Positions 48,131 through 57,746 of a stretch of DNA of 64,000 bases are shown in pieces (the stretch's first letter is position 1; each line of letters begins with the position of its first letter). The stretch is from Candidatus Micrarchaeota archaeon. Its GTDB lineage: Archaea > Micrarchaeota > Micrarchaeia > Norongarragalinales > Norongarragalinaceae. The notes under the pieces are model-generated. The model worked only from the letters and a program-made list of their open reading frames with translations, searched no databases and was not told the DNA's origin. The translations under genes were made by a program, and so were the position numbers. Location of the stretch: the NCBI GenBank assembly GCA_013360305.1, contig JABWCK010000001.1:17209-81208 (forward strand), written 5' to 3'.

Positions 48131-49342
48131 ATGGTTAAGTTCGTTCATTTTGCTGACGTTCACTTGGGTGCTTTTAGAGACAAGCGCTTGCGTGAATTGA
48201 ACTTGAATGCTTTTGAGAAAACAATTGATTATTGTATTGAAAACAAAGTAGACTTTGTAGTAATAGCCGGCGACTTGTTTGATATCGCGGTTCCTGAACT
48301 TGAAGTAGTAAAGAAAGCGGCTGCAAAATTATTACAACTAAAAAACGCGGGAATTGATTGTTTTGCTATTTATGGTTCTCACGATTACACGCCAGGCCAA
48401 ACCAGTGTGGTTGATGTCTTAAACGCGTCTGGCTTGTTGACTAAAGTGTCGGATGGTTATTACTCTGATGATGGAAAGCTTTGCTTGAATGCATGCAAGC
48501 ATTCTTCAGGTGTTAGTTTCGTTGGTATTTCGGCTCGAGCTAAAAGCATTGATTCTAGTTATTTTGGAGATTTAGATTTAGCTAGTTTAGAAAAAATTCC
48601 TAACCCTAAAATATTCTTGTTTCACAATACTCTCGCGGAAACCAAACCAGACTTCCTAGCAGGTGTTGCATCATTACCGTTCAGCGTGTTCCCAAAAGGT
48701 TTTGATTATTATGCAGGGGGACACGTTCATGAAAAAACCAACGTAGTTGAACCTGGGTATGGTAGATTCGTGTTTCCCGGACCATTATTTGCTGCTGATT
48801 ACCGGGATTTAGAGGAATTGGCTAAGCACTCTACTGGGTTTTTCTTGGTTGAATTGAAAAACAACGAGTCTTTTGCAGAGTTCGTTGAGTTGAATAGAGT
48901 TTGTCGAGTGGAGTTGTTTGATTACTCTGTAACTGGAAAGAGTGTTTCGAGGATTAATGATGATTTGGCTAGTTTGCTTTCGCGTTGCAGTGACTCGGTA
49001 GTTTTGCTTAAGTTGAGTGGCTTGCTTGATGGAAATGTTTCGGAGATTAATTTTGATTTTATTCGTTCTTTTTTAGAAGAAAAGAAATGCATTTTTTACT
49101 TGAATAGGAATGCGTTGGAAAAACAATCGTTAGATCGAGTGAGAGTGCCTTTTTCTTCCAAGCGCGAGGCGGAAGAGAAAGTGTTTAAGGAATTAGTTTC
49201 ACAGCAATCGTTTTCATCAGAATTGACTGCGCCTGATAAGGCGTTTGCTTTTTTTGAAGCGTTAAAACAGCCCTTGGTAGAGGGAGAGTCTAAGAAGGAT
49301 TATGAGTCGAGGATTGTTTCGGCCGGCTTGAAGTGTTTTTGA
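48131..49342 (+). CDS. mre11: Mre11 nuclease
   Basis: DVHLG, AGDLFD, GSHD, GGHVH. Confidence 0.93.
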   Translation: MVKFVHFADVHLGAFRDKRLRELNLNAFEKTIDYCIENKVDFVVIAGDLFDIAVPELEVVKKAAAKLLQLKNAGIDCFAIYGSHDYTPGQTSVVDVLNASGLLTKVSDGYYSDDGKLCLNACKHSSGVSFVGISARAKSIDSSYFGDLDLASLEKIPNPKIFLFHNTLAETKPDFLAGVASLPFSVFPKGFDYYAGGHVHEKTNVVEPGYGRFVFPGPLFAADYRDLEELAKHSTGFFLVELKNNESFAEFVELNRVCRVELFDYSVTGKSVSRINDDLASLLSRCSDSVVLLKLSGLLDGNVSEINFDFIRSFLEEKKCIFYLNRNALEKQSLDRVRVPFSSKREAEEKVFKELVSQQSFSSELTAPDKAFAFFEALKQPLVEGESKKDYESRIVSAGLKCF

Positions 49343-51346
49343 ATGAGGATTAAAAAAATTTTTCTAGAAAACTTGCGGAGCTACGTTTCGCAAGAAGTAG
49401 TTTTTCCTGAAGGAGTTGTTTTGTTAGAGGGAGACATTGGTTCGGGCAAGAGCACGTTGTTGTATGCTGTTGAATTCGCGTTGTTTGGTTTGGGCGACTT
49501 GAATTCAGCGTTCTTGTTGAGGAATTCTGCCAACGAGGGGCGAGTTAGGTTAGATTTTTCTATTAATGGAGTAGACTGCGTTGTTGAACGCACTCTAGAG
49601 CGAAAAAAGAAAGGAATACAGCAAGGAAACGGTTATCTTGAAATAAACGGTTCCAGAACAGAGTATTCTCCTGCTGAATTGAAAGGAGCGGTCTTGAAAT
49701 TACTAGAATTCAACGAGCCTTCTTCACGCAGCCAGTCGGTAATTTACAGGTATGCCGTGTTTACTCCTCAAGAGGAAATGAAGAAAATTCTAGAAGAGAA
49801 AACGAGTGATCGGCTGGATACTCTCCGCAAGGCGTTTGGTATAGAGGATTATGAGCGTGCTAGGGAGAATGCTTTGCTGGTTTCAAAGTCGCTTAAGTCT
49901 GATATGGATTTTTTAAAGGGCCGGCTCGATTCAATGCCTGTAGTCAAGCAAAGTATTGATTCGAAGACTGTTGAGTTAAATCGCGTTTCGAGTGATTTGG
50001 CGTCTGCAGAAGTTGTTTTTAGAGAAAAAAGTGTTTTGCTGGAAAAAATTAGTTTAGAGTGGGAATCGTTGCTTGCAGTAAAACAGGATTTCGAAAAGTT
50101 ATCGAGCGAGTTGCCTTTGATTGAAAAAAGGCGTCTTGACTTGGTTAATCGTTCATCGTCTTTAGATAAGGATTGTTCTAGGCTGGAGGAGGATAAGCAG
50201 CGGATTGAAAAATTGCTGCCGCTTGAAGTGGTGTTGCCAGACAAGCAAGCTTTAACCAAGCAATTGGCTGGCGTTGAAGCAATTCAGCGCGATTTAACAT
50301 CTAAGATAGGCGCGGTTCAGTCTAAGAAAAAAGATTTTTCTTCACTGAAAGACAAGGGGGTTTGTCCGACTTGCTTGCAGTCGTTCTCTGATTCTTTTGA
50401 AGACAAGATAGTTCACTTGACTGCTGAGGAAGGGAAACTGGTTGCAGAGTTGAGCGTGTTTCAAAAAAATGCTTTAGTTTTGCGCAACGAAATGGATTCT
50501 CTCCTTAAACTTGAGTCCGAGCACAAGTTGAGGCAAGAATTGTTGTTTCGGATTAGTTCTATCGAGCGAGAACTAGCCTTAAAGCAAGCAGAGTTGAAGG
50601 TTTTGTTGAAGGAGATTCCTTTACTTGAATCGGAGCTAGTTGTTAAGAAAAACAAGTTGAGTGATTTAGCGCAAGTTGGTTTGAAAGCTAGTTTGACTCA
50701 AGATTCTTTAAAACGAGCCCAAGAAGAAGTAAACAAGGCCTTGTCTCTTAAGAGCGGGTTGTATTCAAGCAAGTCTGCGTTAACAGCCCAATTGTCTGAG
50801 TTAAACAACCAATTGATTGGTTTAGAAAATGATTCGAGGAAGCTGGTTTTAATTTCAGAAAAAAAGAAGTGGGTCGAGGAGTTTTTCGTTCCGTCAATGG
50901 AGTTGATCGAGTCGCACGTGATGCAAAGCATTTCGTCTGATTTTAACGAGTTATTCCAGAAATGGTTTTCGTTGTTAGTTGATTCTGGAGAAATCGCGGT
51001 TTCTTCAGATTATTCTTTCGAGCCAGTAATAAGTGTTTCTGGTTATGAACAATCATTCCAATCTCTTTCTGGTGGCGAAAAAAGCGCTTTAGCGTTGGCG
51101 TACAGGCTGGCGTTGAATTCAGTCGTGCGCCGAGTTTCTGCTTCCATGAAGGACAACTTGTTGATTCTTGACGAGCCGACTGACGGCTTTTCGAAAGAAC
51201 AATTGCACAAAATGAGGAGTGTTTTCAACGCTTTGGACTGCGATCAAGTATTGATTGTTTCGCATGAACGAGAGCTGGAGGCGTTCGCGGACCACGTAAT
51301 TCGCGTTGAAAAACGCGGCGGCATTTCTTCAATATCTCTTTCCTGA
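49343..51346 (+). CDS. rad50: Rad50 ATPase (short, 667 aa)
   Basis: GSGKST, CPTC zinc hook, LSGGE, LDEPT. Confidence 0.93.
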   Translation: MRIKKIFLENLRSYVSQEVVFPEGVVLLEGDIGSGKSTLLYAVEFALFGLGDLNSAFLLRNSANEGRVRLDFSINGVDCVVERTLERKKKGIQQGNGYLEINGSRTEYSPAELKGAVLKLLEFNEPSSRSQSVIYRYAVFTPQEEMKKILEEKTSDRLDTLRKAFGIEDYERARENALLVSKSLKSDMDFLKGRLDSMPVVKQSIDSKTVELNRVSSDLASAEVVFREKSVLLEKISLEWESLLAVKQDFEKLSSELPLIEKRRLDLVNRSSSLDKDCSRLEEDKQRIEKLLPLEVVLPDKQALTKQLAGVEAIQRDLTSKIGAVQSKKKDFSSLKDKGVCPTCLQSFSDSFEDKIVHLTAEEGKLVAELSVFQKNALVLRNEMDSLLKLESEHKLRQELLFRISSIERELALKQAELKVLLKEIPLLESELVVKKNKLSDLAQVGLKASLTQDSLKRAQEEVNKALSLKSGLYSSKSALTAQLSELNNQLIGLENDSRKLVLISEKKKWVEEFFVPSMELIESHVMQSISSDFNELFQKWFSLLVDSGEIAVSSDYSFEPVISVSGYEQSFQSLSGGEKSALALAYRLALNSVVRRVSASMKDNLLILDEPTDGFSKEQLHKMRSVFNALDCDQVLIVSHERELEAFADHVIRVEKRGGISSISLS

Positions 51347-53002
51347 AAACAACCTGTCATCGCTTTTGCCGCTGAAAATAAAGAACGCTAAGAGGATTAG
51401 GCTGATTGTTATTGTTCCTAGTTCTGATAGGCCTGTAGTAATATTGAATATTGCTAGAAGCAATGGAGTGATTATTGCTAGCCCGATTATGATGAAGAAT
51501 ATAGTGATTTCTTTGAATACGCCTGGGTAGCTCTTCATTTTTTGAGATATTGTCGAAATGGTTTTTATTATTCTAATTATTACTTGAGCTAGCACGTATA
51601 AGCCAATCAATGCTGCTATTGCTAAGAGCAAGTAGTCTAGGGGAATGGTTTGGTCTAGTATTTTGAAGTGGTTGTCTTTGAACAAATATCCGATTATTAT
51701 TGCGGCGGTTACTATTACTATCAACAATCCTAGGCTTTTGACTGCTTCGTACCCGCTTCTAATTATCTCTAGGCTGTGCTCTATAGTGTTTATAGTCAAC
51801 ACCATTTTTCTAGCAGTGTTTCTGCCTGCGTTTTTGAACGATTCGGGAACTAGCCTTTGCACGATTTCGTGTACTATTGAGTAATGCGATATTGTAAGCG
51901 AGCTTACTAATACCGTCGCTAGTACTAGTATTGAAGTAAAGCCAACCATGTCTATGCTAGTGCCTTGTGCTTGTTTGGCTATTAACAGAGAGAATTCGCC
52001 TATTGAAAGCATTGCGAGGCCTGCGAATACTGCCGACTTGCTGTTGTATCCTGCTAAGTACATGCTTGCTCCGTTGGCAATAAAGTTGAGTATTATTATT
52101 GCGATAGTGAAAACTATTATTACGCCCAAGTTTTCTATTACTGAGTTTAATTCTACCAGCAAGCCTATTGACAAGAAGAAGATGCTTGAGAACGTCAAGA
52201 CAAAGGGCCATATTTGTTTTTCCAATTCGTCTTTAGATTGCAGTGTTGCGGCCAGACTGCCGGCTAGGAAGGCGCCTATTGCTGGCGATAAATTCAAGTA
52301 TTGTGCTATTGCGCTCAATCCGATTCCCAAGCCCAGCGCGATTGACAGCGTGGCTTCGTTTTCAGTTTGGTACTTGCTTATCATTTCAGAAACAGGCTTC
52401 ATTGCCTTTGACAGCAGGATGTATACTATTCCGAGTATTAATGCCGCTTGAGAAATAGAGTATACGACGCTTATCGTGCTGACGTCTGCGTTTAAACTCA
52501 ATGCGGAAAAGAAGGTTAGCAGGAATACTGCGAACAAGTCTTCGACGATCAAGCTCCCGATTAATACGCCTACTTCTTCTTTGTGAGTGAGTCGCTTGTA
52601 TTCTAAGATTTTAATCATTAATGCCGTGCTAGTAATGCACATTATTGCTCCAATGTAAAGCGCGGTTATTGAATTCATTCCCAGCGCCAAAGCTAGCTCG
52701 TAGGAAACTAGGTATACAAAGCCCATTTTTATTAAAGCGATGGCTATTGGCCGCACGCCGTAGTTTAATAGTTTGCCTAGGCTGAATTCGATGCCTATGG
52801 CGAATAATAACAATACTGCTCCGAGTTCTGCAAAGTCTGCTATTACTTCGCTTTGCTCTATCCAGCCTAGTCCAGTTGGGCCGATGAGCATTCCTGCGAG
52901 TATTAAACCTATTACGGGAGGCTGCCTGAATTTCGCGGCTACTATCGCGCCGATTGTAGAGAAGAGAACGATTAAGCCTAGTTGAGCGAAAAAATCAGAC
53001 AT
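51329..53002 (-). CDS. CPA2 (KefB-like) cation:proton antiporter
   Basis: AELG..LLLF.IG.E, TSTA, IVEDL, GEFS. Confidence 0.88.
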   Translation of the reverse strand: MSDFFAQLGLIVLFSTIGAIVAAKFRQPPVIGLILAGMLIGPTGLGWIEQSEVIADFAELGAVLLLFAIGIEFSLGKLLNYGVRPIAIALIKMGFVYLVSYELALALGMNSITALYIGAIMCITSTALMIKILEYKRLTHKEEVGVLIGSLIVEDLFAVFLLTFFSALSLNADVSTISVVYSISQAALILGIVYILLSKAMKPVSEMISKYQTENEATLSIALGLGIGLSAIAQYLNLSPAIGAFLAGSLAATLQSKDELEKQIWPFVLTFSSIFFLSIGLLVELNSVIENLGVIIVFTIAIIILNFIANGASMYLAGYNSKSAVFAGLAMLSIGEFSLLIAKQAQGTSIDMVGFTSILVLATVLVSSLTISHYSIVHEIVQRLVPESFKNAGRNTARKMVLTINTIEHSLEIIRSGYEAVKSLGLLIVIVTAAIIIGYLFKDNHFKILDQTIPLDYLLLAIAALIGLYVLAQVIIRIIKTISTISQKMKSYPGVFKEITIFFIIIGLAIITPLLLAIFNITTGLSELGTITISLILLAFFIFSGKSDDRLFSGKRY

Positions 53003-53080
53003 TGAGTTAATTACTTTTTTTTGTTTTAAATTACTTCGTACGCGAAAACCGTTTTAACTGAGTCAGCGTGTTTTTTTAGA

Positions 53081-53869
53081 ATGATTTTAATAAAGAATCT
53101 CGTTTTGCGTTTGCCTAAAAAAAATTCTAGAAAGGGAGATAATGGCGTTTTAACTGTGGTTGGCGGGAGCAAAAAGTATCACGGCGCACCATTGTTGGCT
53201 ATTAATGCTGCTTCGCGGTTAGTGGACTTGGTTTATTATTACTCTCCTGAAAAACTCAACGAGAAAGTAATGGCTTCAATGAAGGCTTCTGCTTTATGCA
53301 GCATTTTCGTTCAAAGGAAAGACTTGTTTGCTTGCGTAAAGAAAAGCGATTGCGTGCTAATCGGCAACGGCTTGGCTTTAAGCGAGTCTAACAAAAAACT
53401 AGTTAATTATTTACTTAAGGCGTTTCCTGAGAAAAAATTTGTTTTAGACGCCGGCGCGTTGAGGCTCGTCGATTTAAATAATTTGAATCCCAACGTCTTG
53501 GTTACTCCTCACTCGGCAGAGTTTAACGCATTGTTTAAAACTAAGGCTTCACCTGAACAAGTGTTATTTCAAGCGAAAAAGCACGGGTGCCTGGTTTTAT
53601 TAAAGCAAGGAAATTGCTTTGTTTCTGACGGCAAAAAAATTTATTACAATAAAAACGGCAACGCCGGCATGACTAAGGGCGGCACTGGCGACGTATTGGC
53701 AGGATTGTGCGCTGCTTTAGCTTGCAAGAATTCTCTACTAGCCTCGGCTAAGGCTGCTGCTTGGCTTAACGGCGAAGCAGGTGATTATTTATTCAAGAAG
53801 CAAGGCTTTGCTTTCAACGCGCTGGATTTAAGTAATGCGCTGCCGATTGTTTTTTCGAAAAACGTATAA
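53081..53869 (+). CDS. nnrD: ADP-dependent NAD(P)HX dehydratase
   Basis: GGS..Y.GAP, DAGAL, TPH..EF, GGTGDVLAG. Confidence 0.92.
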   Translation: MILIKNLVLRLPKKNSRKGDNGVLTVVGGSKKYHGAPLLAINAASRLVDLVYYYSPEKLNEKVMASMKASALCSIFVQRKDLFACVKKSDCVLIGNGLALSESNKKLVNYLLKAFPEKKFVLDAGALRLVDLNNLNPNVLVTPHSAEFNALFKTKASPEQVLFQAKKHGCLVLLKQGNCFVSDGKKIYYNKNGNAGMTKGGTGDVLAGLCAALACKNSLLASAKAAAWLNGEAGDYLFKKQGFAFNALDLSNALPIVFSKNV

Positions 53870-53893
53870 ACTCTAACTAGCGAAATAATTAAC

Positions 53894-54154
53894 ATGGTTG
53901 AAGTCGCAATAGGCATTGCTTTGTTTGGCGTATTATTGCTAGTCGCAGGCTTGTTGTTTGTCGTTTTCTTCAAGCGATTCTTGGAAAACTCGGTTGTTGG
54001 CTTAATTGCTTTGTTAGTAATAAATTTTCTAGGCAATAGTTTTGGAGTAAACCTGCCGATAAACTTGTTGTCTTTAGTAATCACTGCTTTATTCGGCTTA
54101 GCTGGAGTGGGGTTATTGTTAGTACTGCAATTCGCAGGAATAACCGTAAAATAA
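53894..54154 (+). CDS. BofA-like small membrane protein
   Basis: NSVVG...L...N..G....LPIN......G..GV. Confidence 0.7.
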   Translation: MVEVAIGIALFGVLLLVAGLLFVVFFKRFLENSVVGLIALLVINFLGNSFGVNLPINLLSLVITALFGLAGVGLLLVLQFAGITVK

Positions 54155-54170
54155 AAAGAAGGAAAAAGAG

Positions 54171-55190
54171 TTAGTCGCCGATTCCTTTTTCGGTGACGTT
54201 AAATATTGCTTCCCCATCAGGCATGTTTGGACTATCTACTAGTTTAGCAATACGTCGAGTTTCCTTGCTTCTGCGCAAGTACAACCTGTAAGTACTAGTG
54301 TGTGCTAAAATGTGTCCGCCTATTGGGGTAGTAGGGTCTCCGAACAGTATTCCGGGATTATCCATTACTTGGTTAGTAATGTACACTGCCACGTTGTACT
54401 TGTCTGCAAACTTTAACAAAGTGTGAATGTGCTTGTTCAACTTCATTTGTCTTTCAGCTAATTGTCCGCGGCCCATGTAATCACTTCTGAACGCGCTAGT
54501 AATAGAGTCGACTACAATCAACTTGATTGCACCCTTCTTTATTTCTTCCTCAGCCTTGTCTAACAACAACATTTGGTGGTCTGAATTGTAAGCCCTAGCT
54601 ACTAAAATGTTTGATAATACTTGTTCTGGGTTCAAGTTTTTAGCTAGCGCGATTTGAGCAATTCTTTCCGGCCTGAAGGTTCCTTCAGTGTCAATAAACA
54701 TTGCGCCTGCTTCGGCACCGCCTTGGTCTTTAGGCATTTGAATGTTAACGCATAATTGAAAACCAATCTGGCTCTTGCCTGAACCGAATTTTCCGAATGC
54801 TTCAGTAATGGCTTGAGTTTCAATTCCTCCGCCAAGCAACGCGTCTAATTCATTGCTTCCGGTAGTTATTTTTTCAATATTTTCTCTCCTATGCAACACG
54901 TCAGTTCCTGTTTCGAAACCCATATCCATAGTTGCACGAGCGGCATTGATTGCTTTAGCAGCAGTAGCTTCACCTATCCCGCATACTTCGACTAATTCTG
55001 AAGGCATGCTGAACGCAATAGCTTCAACCGTGTCATAACCAGCTTCTCTTAGCTTAGATGCCGTTGCATCACTGACTCCTGGCAAGTCTTCAATTTCTAA
55101 TAATTTCTCTTCTACTGTTTCTTTCTTTTTGCTGCTAGTTTCTTCTACTGCAACAGCTTCCAATTCAGAAGCATTTTCGCCTTTAGCCAT
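54171..55190 (-). CDS. radA: DNA repair and recombination protein RadA
   Basis: GKFGSGKSQ, DTEGTFRPER, DSITS.FR, GGHILAH. Start set after the AGGTGA RBS. Confidence 0.97.
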   Translation of the reverse strand: MAKGENASELEAVAVEETSSKKKETVEEKLLEIEDLPGVSDATASKLREAGYDTVEAIAFSMPSELVEVCGIGEATAAKAINAARATMDMGFETGTDVLHRRENIEKITTGSNELDALLGGGIETQAITEAFGKFGSGKSQIGFQLCVNIQMPKDQGGAEAGAMFIDTEGTFRPERIAQIALAKNLNPEQVLSNILVARAYNSDHQMLLLDKAEEEIKKGAIKLIVVDSITSAFRSDYMGRGQLAERQMKLNKHIHTLLKFADKYNVAVYITNQVMDNPGILFGDPTTPIGGHILAHTSTYRLYLRRSKETRRIAKLVDSPNMPDGEAIFNVTEKGIGD

Positions 55191-55240
55191 ATCTATTATC
55201 ACCTGTTCTACTACTTCACAAAAACAGTATTTAAACGATT

Positions 55241-55906
55241 TCAGACATGAATTCCGGTGGGTTGTCTTCTTCGGGTCATTGCGCGTTCTACTCTGGTATA
55301 GGGTGTTATTATTACTTGTCTTGCTGGAAGGTTATACGGCCGACTTTGTATTTCTGCTATAGTTGTTTTGATTGCTTTTTTTCGAGTTTCTTCATTTAAC
55401 AATAAGTGGTGTTTCATTATCCCTTCTTCGGTTAATGGGTTATTGGGCTTTATGATGGGGTCTTCTAGTCGGTTTATTTTTGATGCTTCGGTTTGTATTA
55501 TTGGCGCGCCTATGTGTAAGTCATCTCCTGTTTTACCGAGTATTTGTTCGTATCTTTCTTGCGCTTGGAGGTATTCTTGTGGATTGTTTGGAGAATTAAC
55601 TGTTATCAAGTGTGTTTCTATTTTTGGATTAACGTGGCTTAGTCGGTTAATTATTGCTTGAGCAGTCAAACCGCCTTGGCTGTGTCCAACAAAAATAATT
55701 CTAGAATATTTTTTTAAAGATTGTTCTAATTTTTCAAATCCTTTGTCGGCTTTTTCTCCAATTGAAGAAAATTTTCTTTTATCTTCTAGTGGCAAATGTA
55801 GTGTTTTGAAACCAAGCTGGTTTTCTACTTCAATGCCTAGTTGGCTTAAGAAAGGATTTTTTCTTCTTCCGATTCCTGGTACGGTTACTACGAGTGTTTC
55901 ATTCAT
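55241..55906 (-). CDS. Alpha/beta hydrolase
   Basis: FVGHSQGGL nucleophile elbow. Confidence 0.8.
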   Translation of the reverse strand: MNETLVVTVPGIGRRKNPFLSQLGIEVENQLGFKTLHLPLEDKRKFSSIGEKADKGFEKLEQSLKKYSRIIFVGHSQGGLTAQAIINRLSHVNPKIETHLITVNSPNNPQEYLQAQERYEQILGKTGDDLHIGAPIIQTEASKINRLEDPIIKPNNPLTEEGIMKHHLLLNEETRKKAIKTTIAEIQSRPYNLPARQVIITPYTRVERAMTRRRQPTGIHV

Positions 55907-56844
55907 GTTTTTATTAAGGAGTAAAACTTTTTCTTTGTTTCTTCTGTAACTTTGACTAGTACTACTCCCCTGTTCGGTTGACCGTAAACAACAACGCTTT
56001 CTAAAGGAGAAATCAAGACTGCCGGAATAACTGCTAAATCTTCTTCCCCGTCTACTTTAACGACCCCGCCGTTGACGATTGCTTTTTGAAGTGCTTTGAC
56101 TAATGATGGAGTAATAGTTCCGGCTGGGTTTTCTGCGTAAAGCAAGCTTTTTACCGAGTGCTTGAATTCCTTCCTCTTATTTTTGAAGTCGATTACTGCT
56201 GCTTTAGCAATGTTTTTCAAGTTCTTGAAGACAACATCTCCTACTAGTACGACGAGTGTTGGTTTTAACTCTTTAATTCTTTCCTTTGCGCGACTAGTTT
56301 CGACTAGTTCTCCCCATGGTTTTTTGAATTTCTTCAAGTCAGCAGAACTAAAACGAATTTTTTTGACTAGTTTTTTAGCATAAACTACTCCACTTCGGTC
56401 TTCTTTTCCTAACCTGATTCTTGAAGACGAAATATGTTTCCCGTCCTGTCCTTTTACTAGTTTTACTTTAATTATTCTTGCCTTCGTTAATCCTTTTTCA
56501 AAACGTTCTTTGTTAATCAACTTAGCGCCTTCCAGTGTAGAAGACGTGCAAATAATTGCTTCTACTTTGTTGTTAATGACTGCTGGCCCGAAAGAATCGT
56601 TTAGTTTGACTATTCTCGTTCTACTCAACCAATTGTTTTTTTTCAAAAATTCCCTTAAGTCGACCAAACGCTTTGAATAAGGTTTGATTATCTTAGACAA
56701 CCGCTTGTTTTTGACTATAGCGTCACTAGTCAATCCAATAATGACTTTATCACTAGCTGCGAAAGCGTTACGTAATAGAAACTCGTGTCCCTTATGCAAT
56801 CTGTCAAAAGTTCCTCCAGTAGCAACTAGCTTGTAGTGGGTCAT
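55903..56844 (-). CDS. coaD: Fused phosphopantetheine adenylyltransferase and GTP-dependent dephospho-CoA kinase (DUF359)
   Basis: GGTFDRLH.GH, ISSSRIR, then VGD, NPAG.IT, GEEDL, YGQP..G. Confidence 0.88.
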   Translation of the reverse strand: MTHYKLVATGGTFDRLHKGHEFLLRNAFAASDKVIIGLTSDAIVKNKRLSKIIKPYSKRLVDLREFLKKNNWLSRTRIVKLNDSFGPAVINNKVEAIICTSSTLEGAKLINKERFEKGLTKARIIKVKLVKGQDGKHISSSRIRLGKEDRSGVVYAKKLVKKIRFSSADLKKFKKPWGELVETSRAKERIKELKPTLVVLVGDVVFKNLKNIAKAAVIDFKNKRKEFKHSVKSLLYAENPAGTITPSLVKALQKAIVNGGVVKVDGEEDLAVIPAVLISPLESVVVYGQPNRGVVLVKVTEETKKKFYSLIKT

Positions 56845-56900
56845 AACATGAATTTTTTTTTACTTCAATTAAAAACATTAACTACGTCGCCAAACAACGA

Positions 56901-57000
56901 TTTTTTGGTAAAGCTTTTTGTAGCGACAAAAAGGTTTATGGGGTCGCCGAGATTCGCAACCAACTTTTCTTTTAAGAAAAGAAAAATTGACTAAAGAAAA
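56901..57000. repeat. Two palindromic repeat copies flanking a duplicated tRNA-Pro 3' end
   Basis: Copies at 56901-56937 (-) and 56961-57000 (+). ATGGGGTCGCCGAGATT at 56938-56954 is identical to 57050-57066. Confidence 0.7.
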
Positions 57001-57050
57001 ATAGGGGGGGGTAGGGTCCATCAGTGTAGGGGTCTCCCCTGTGGTGATGA

Positions 57051-57123
57051 TGGGGTCGCCGAGATTTGAACTCGGATCGCCAGATCCCGAATCTGGTAGT
57101 CTACCAGGTTATCCTACGACCCC
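57051..57123 (-). tRNA. tRNA-Pro(CGG)
   Basis: GGGGTCG/CGACCCC acceptor, CCAGA-TTCGGGA-TCTGG, GTTCAAATC. Confidence 0.93.
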
Positions 57124-57154
57124 AAACTTTTTTCTAAAAAGTTTGACCAAAAAA
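57124..57154 (+). repeat. AT-rich palindromic repeat abutting the tRNA-Pro 5' end
   Basis: AAACTTTTT-TCT-AAAAAGTTT-GACCAAAA. Confidence 0.7.
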
Positions 57155-57253
57155 CTGAAAACTAGTGAGAATTACAATAGTGGAAGGCGTGGTTTTTATA
57201 TTCGTGTTAATCGTTATTTTTCCTAACCCATTTTTCAGAGAGAGTATTATAGT

Positions 57254-57583
57254 GTGATTGCCGGTATTGGAAAAAGCTTGAAGTCGCTCCCGAGAATTAT
57301 TAGCGTCAGCAGGCGTGAAACGAGCTTAATGGATTATAAGAGGCCTGACTGGATTGACGGCCGCAGCATGAGTGAATTTAGTTCTTTAATGACTGATTAT
57401 GAAATCAAATTGTTAGTCGTATGGGCGCTAATTTCTCCTCTAGCGGCTTTAGCCTTCGTTATTTGGACTAAGTACGACAAGCTCAAGTGGATTGCTTTGC
57501 CTTTATTCGTGGTAAGTATTTTCCAATTCATTGGCCATTGGGGAGGGTTTTTCTGGGTATTCGAACGCTTCTTTAACCCTTAG
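57254..57583 (+). CDS. Small membrane protein (start uncertain)
   Basis: Two hydrophobic segments in the C-terminal half. Confidence 0.5.
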   Translation: MIAGIGKSLKSLPRIISVSRRETSLMDYKRPDWIDGRSMSEFSSLMTDYEIKLLVVWALISPLAALAFVIWTKYDKLKWIALPLFVVSIFQFIGHWGGFFWVFERFFNP

Positions 57584-57628
57584 AAAAGCAATAAATTCTC
57601 TTCCAAACCCTATTTTTATCTATATTGT

Positions 57629-57744
57629 GGGTCCGTAGCTCAGCCTGGATAGAGCAATTGCCTTCTAAACTTTTTTGTTAAAAAGTTTAATCAAAAAAGC
57701 ATGAGGAAAGCAAGAGGTCGGGGGTCCGAATCCCCCCGGACCCG
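57629..57744 (+). tRNA. tRNA-Arg(TCT) with 41-nt intron at 37/38 (57668-57708)
   Basis: GGGTCCG/CGGACCC acceptor, CTTCTA|intron|A, BHB helix CTTC/GAGG, T-loop TCCGAAT. Confidence 0.92.
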
Positions 57745-57746
57745 TT

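Noticed and set aside
57041-57226. 61-aa ORF
   Set aside because: Antisense to tRNA-Pro.
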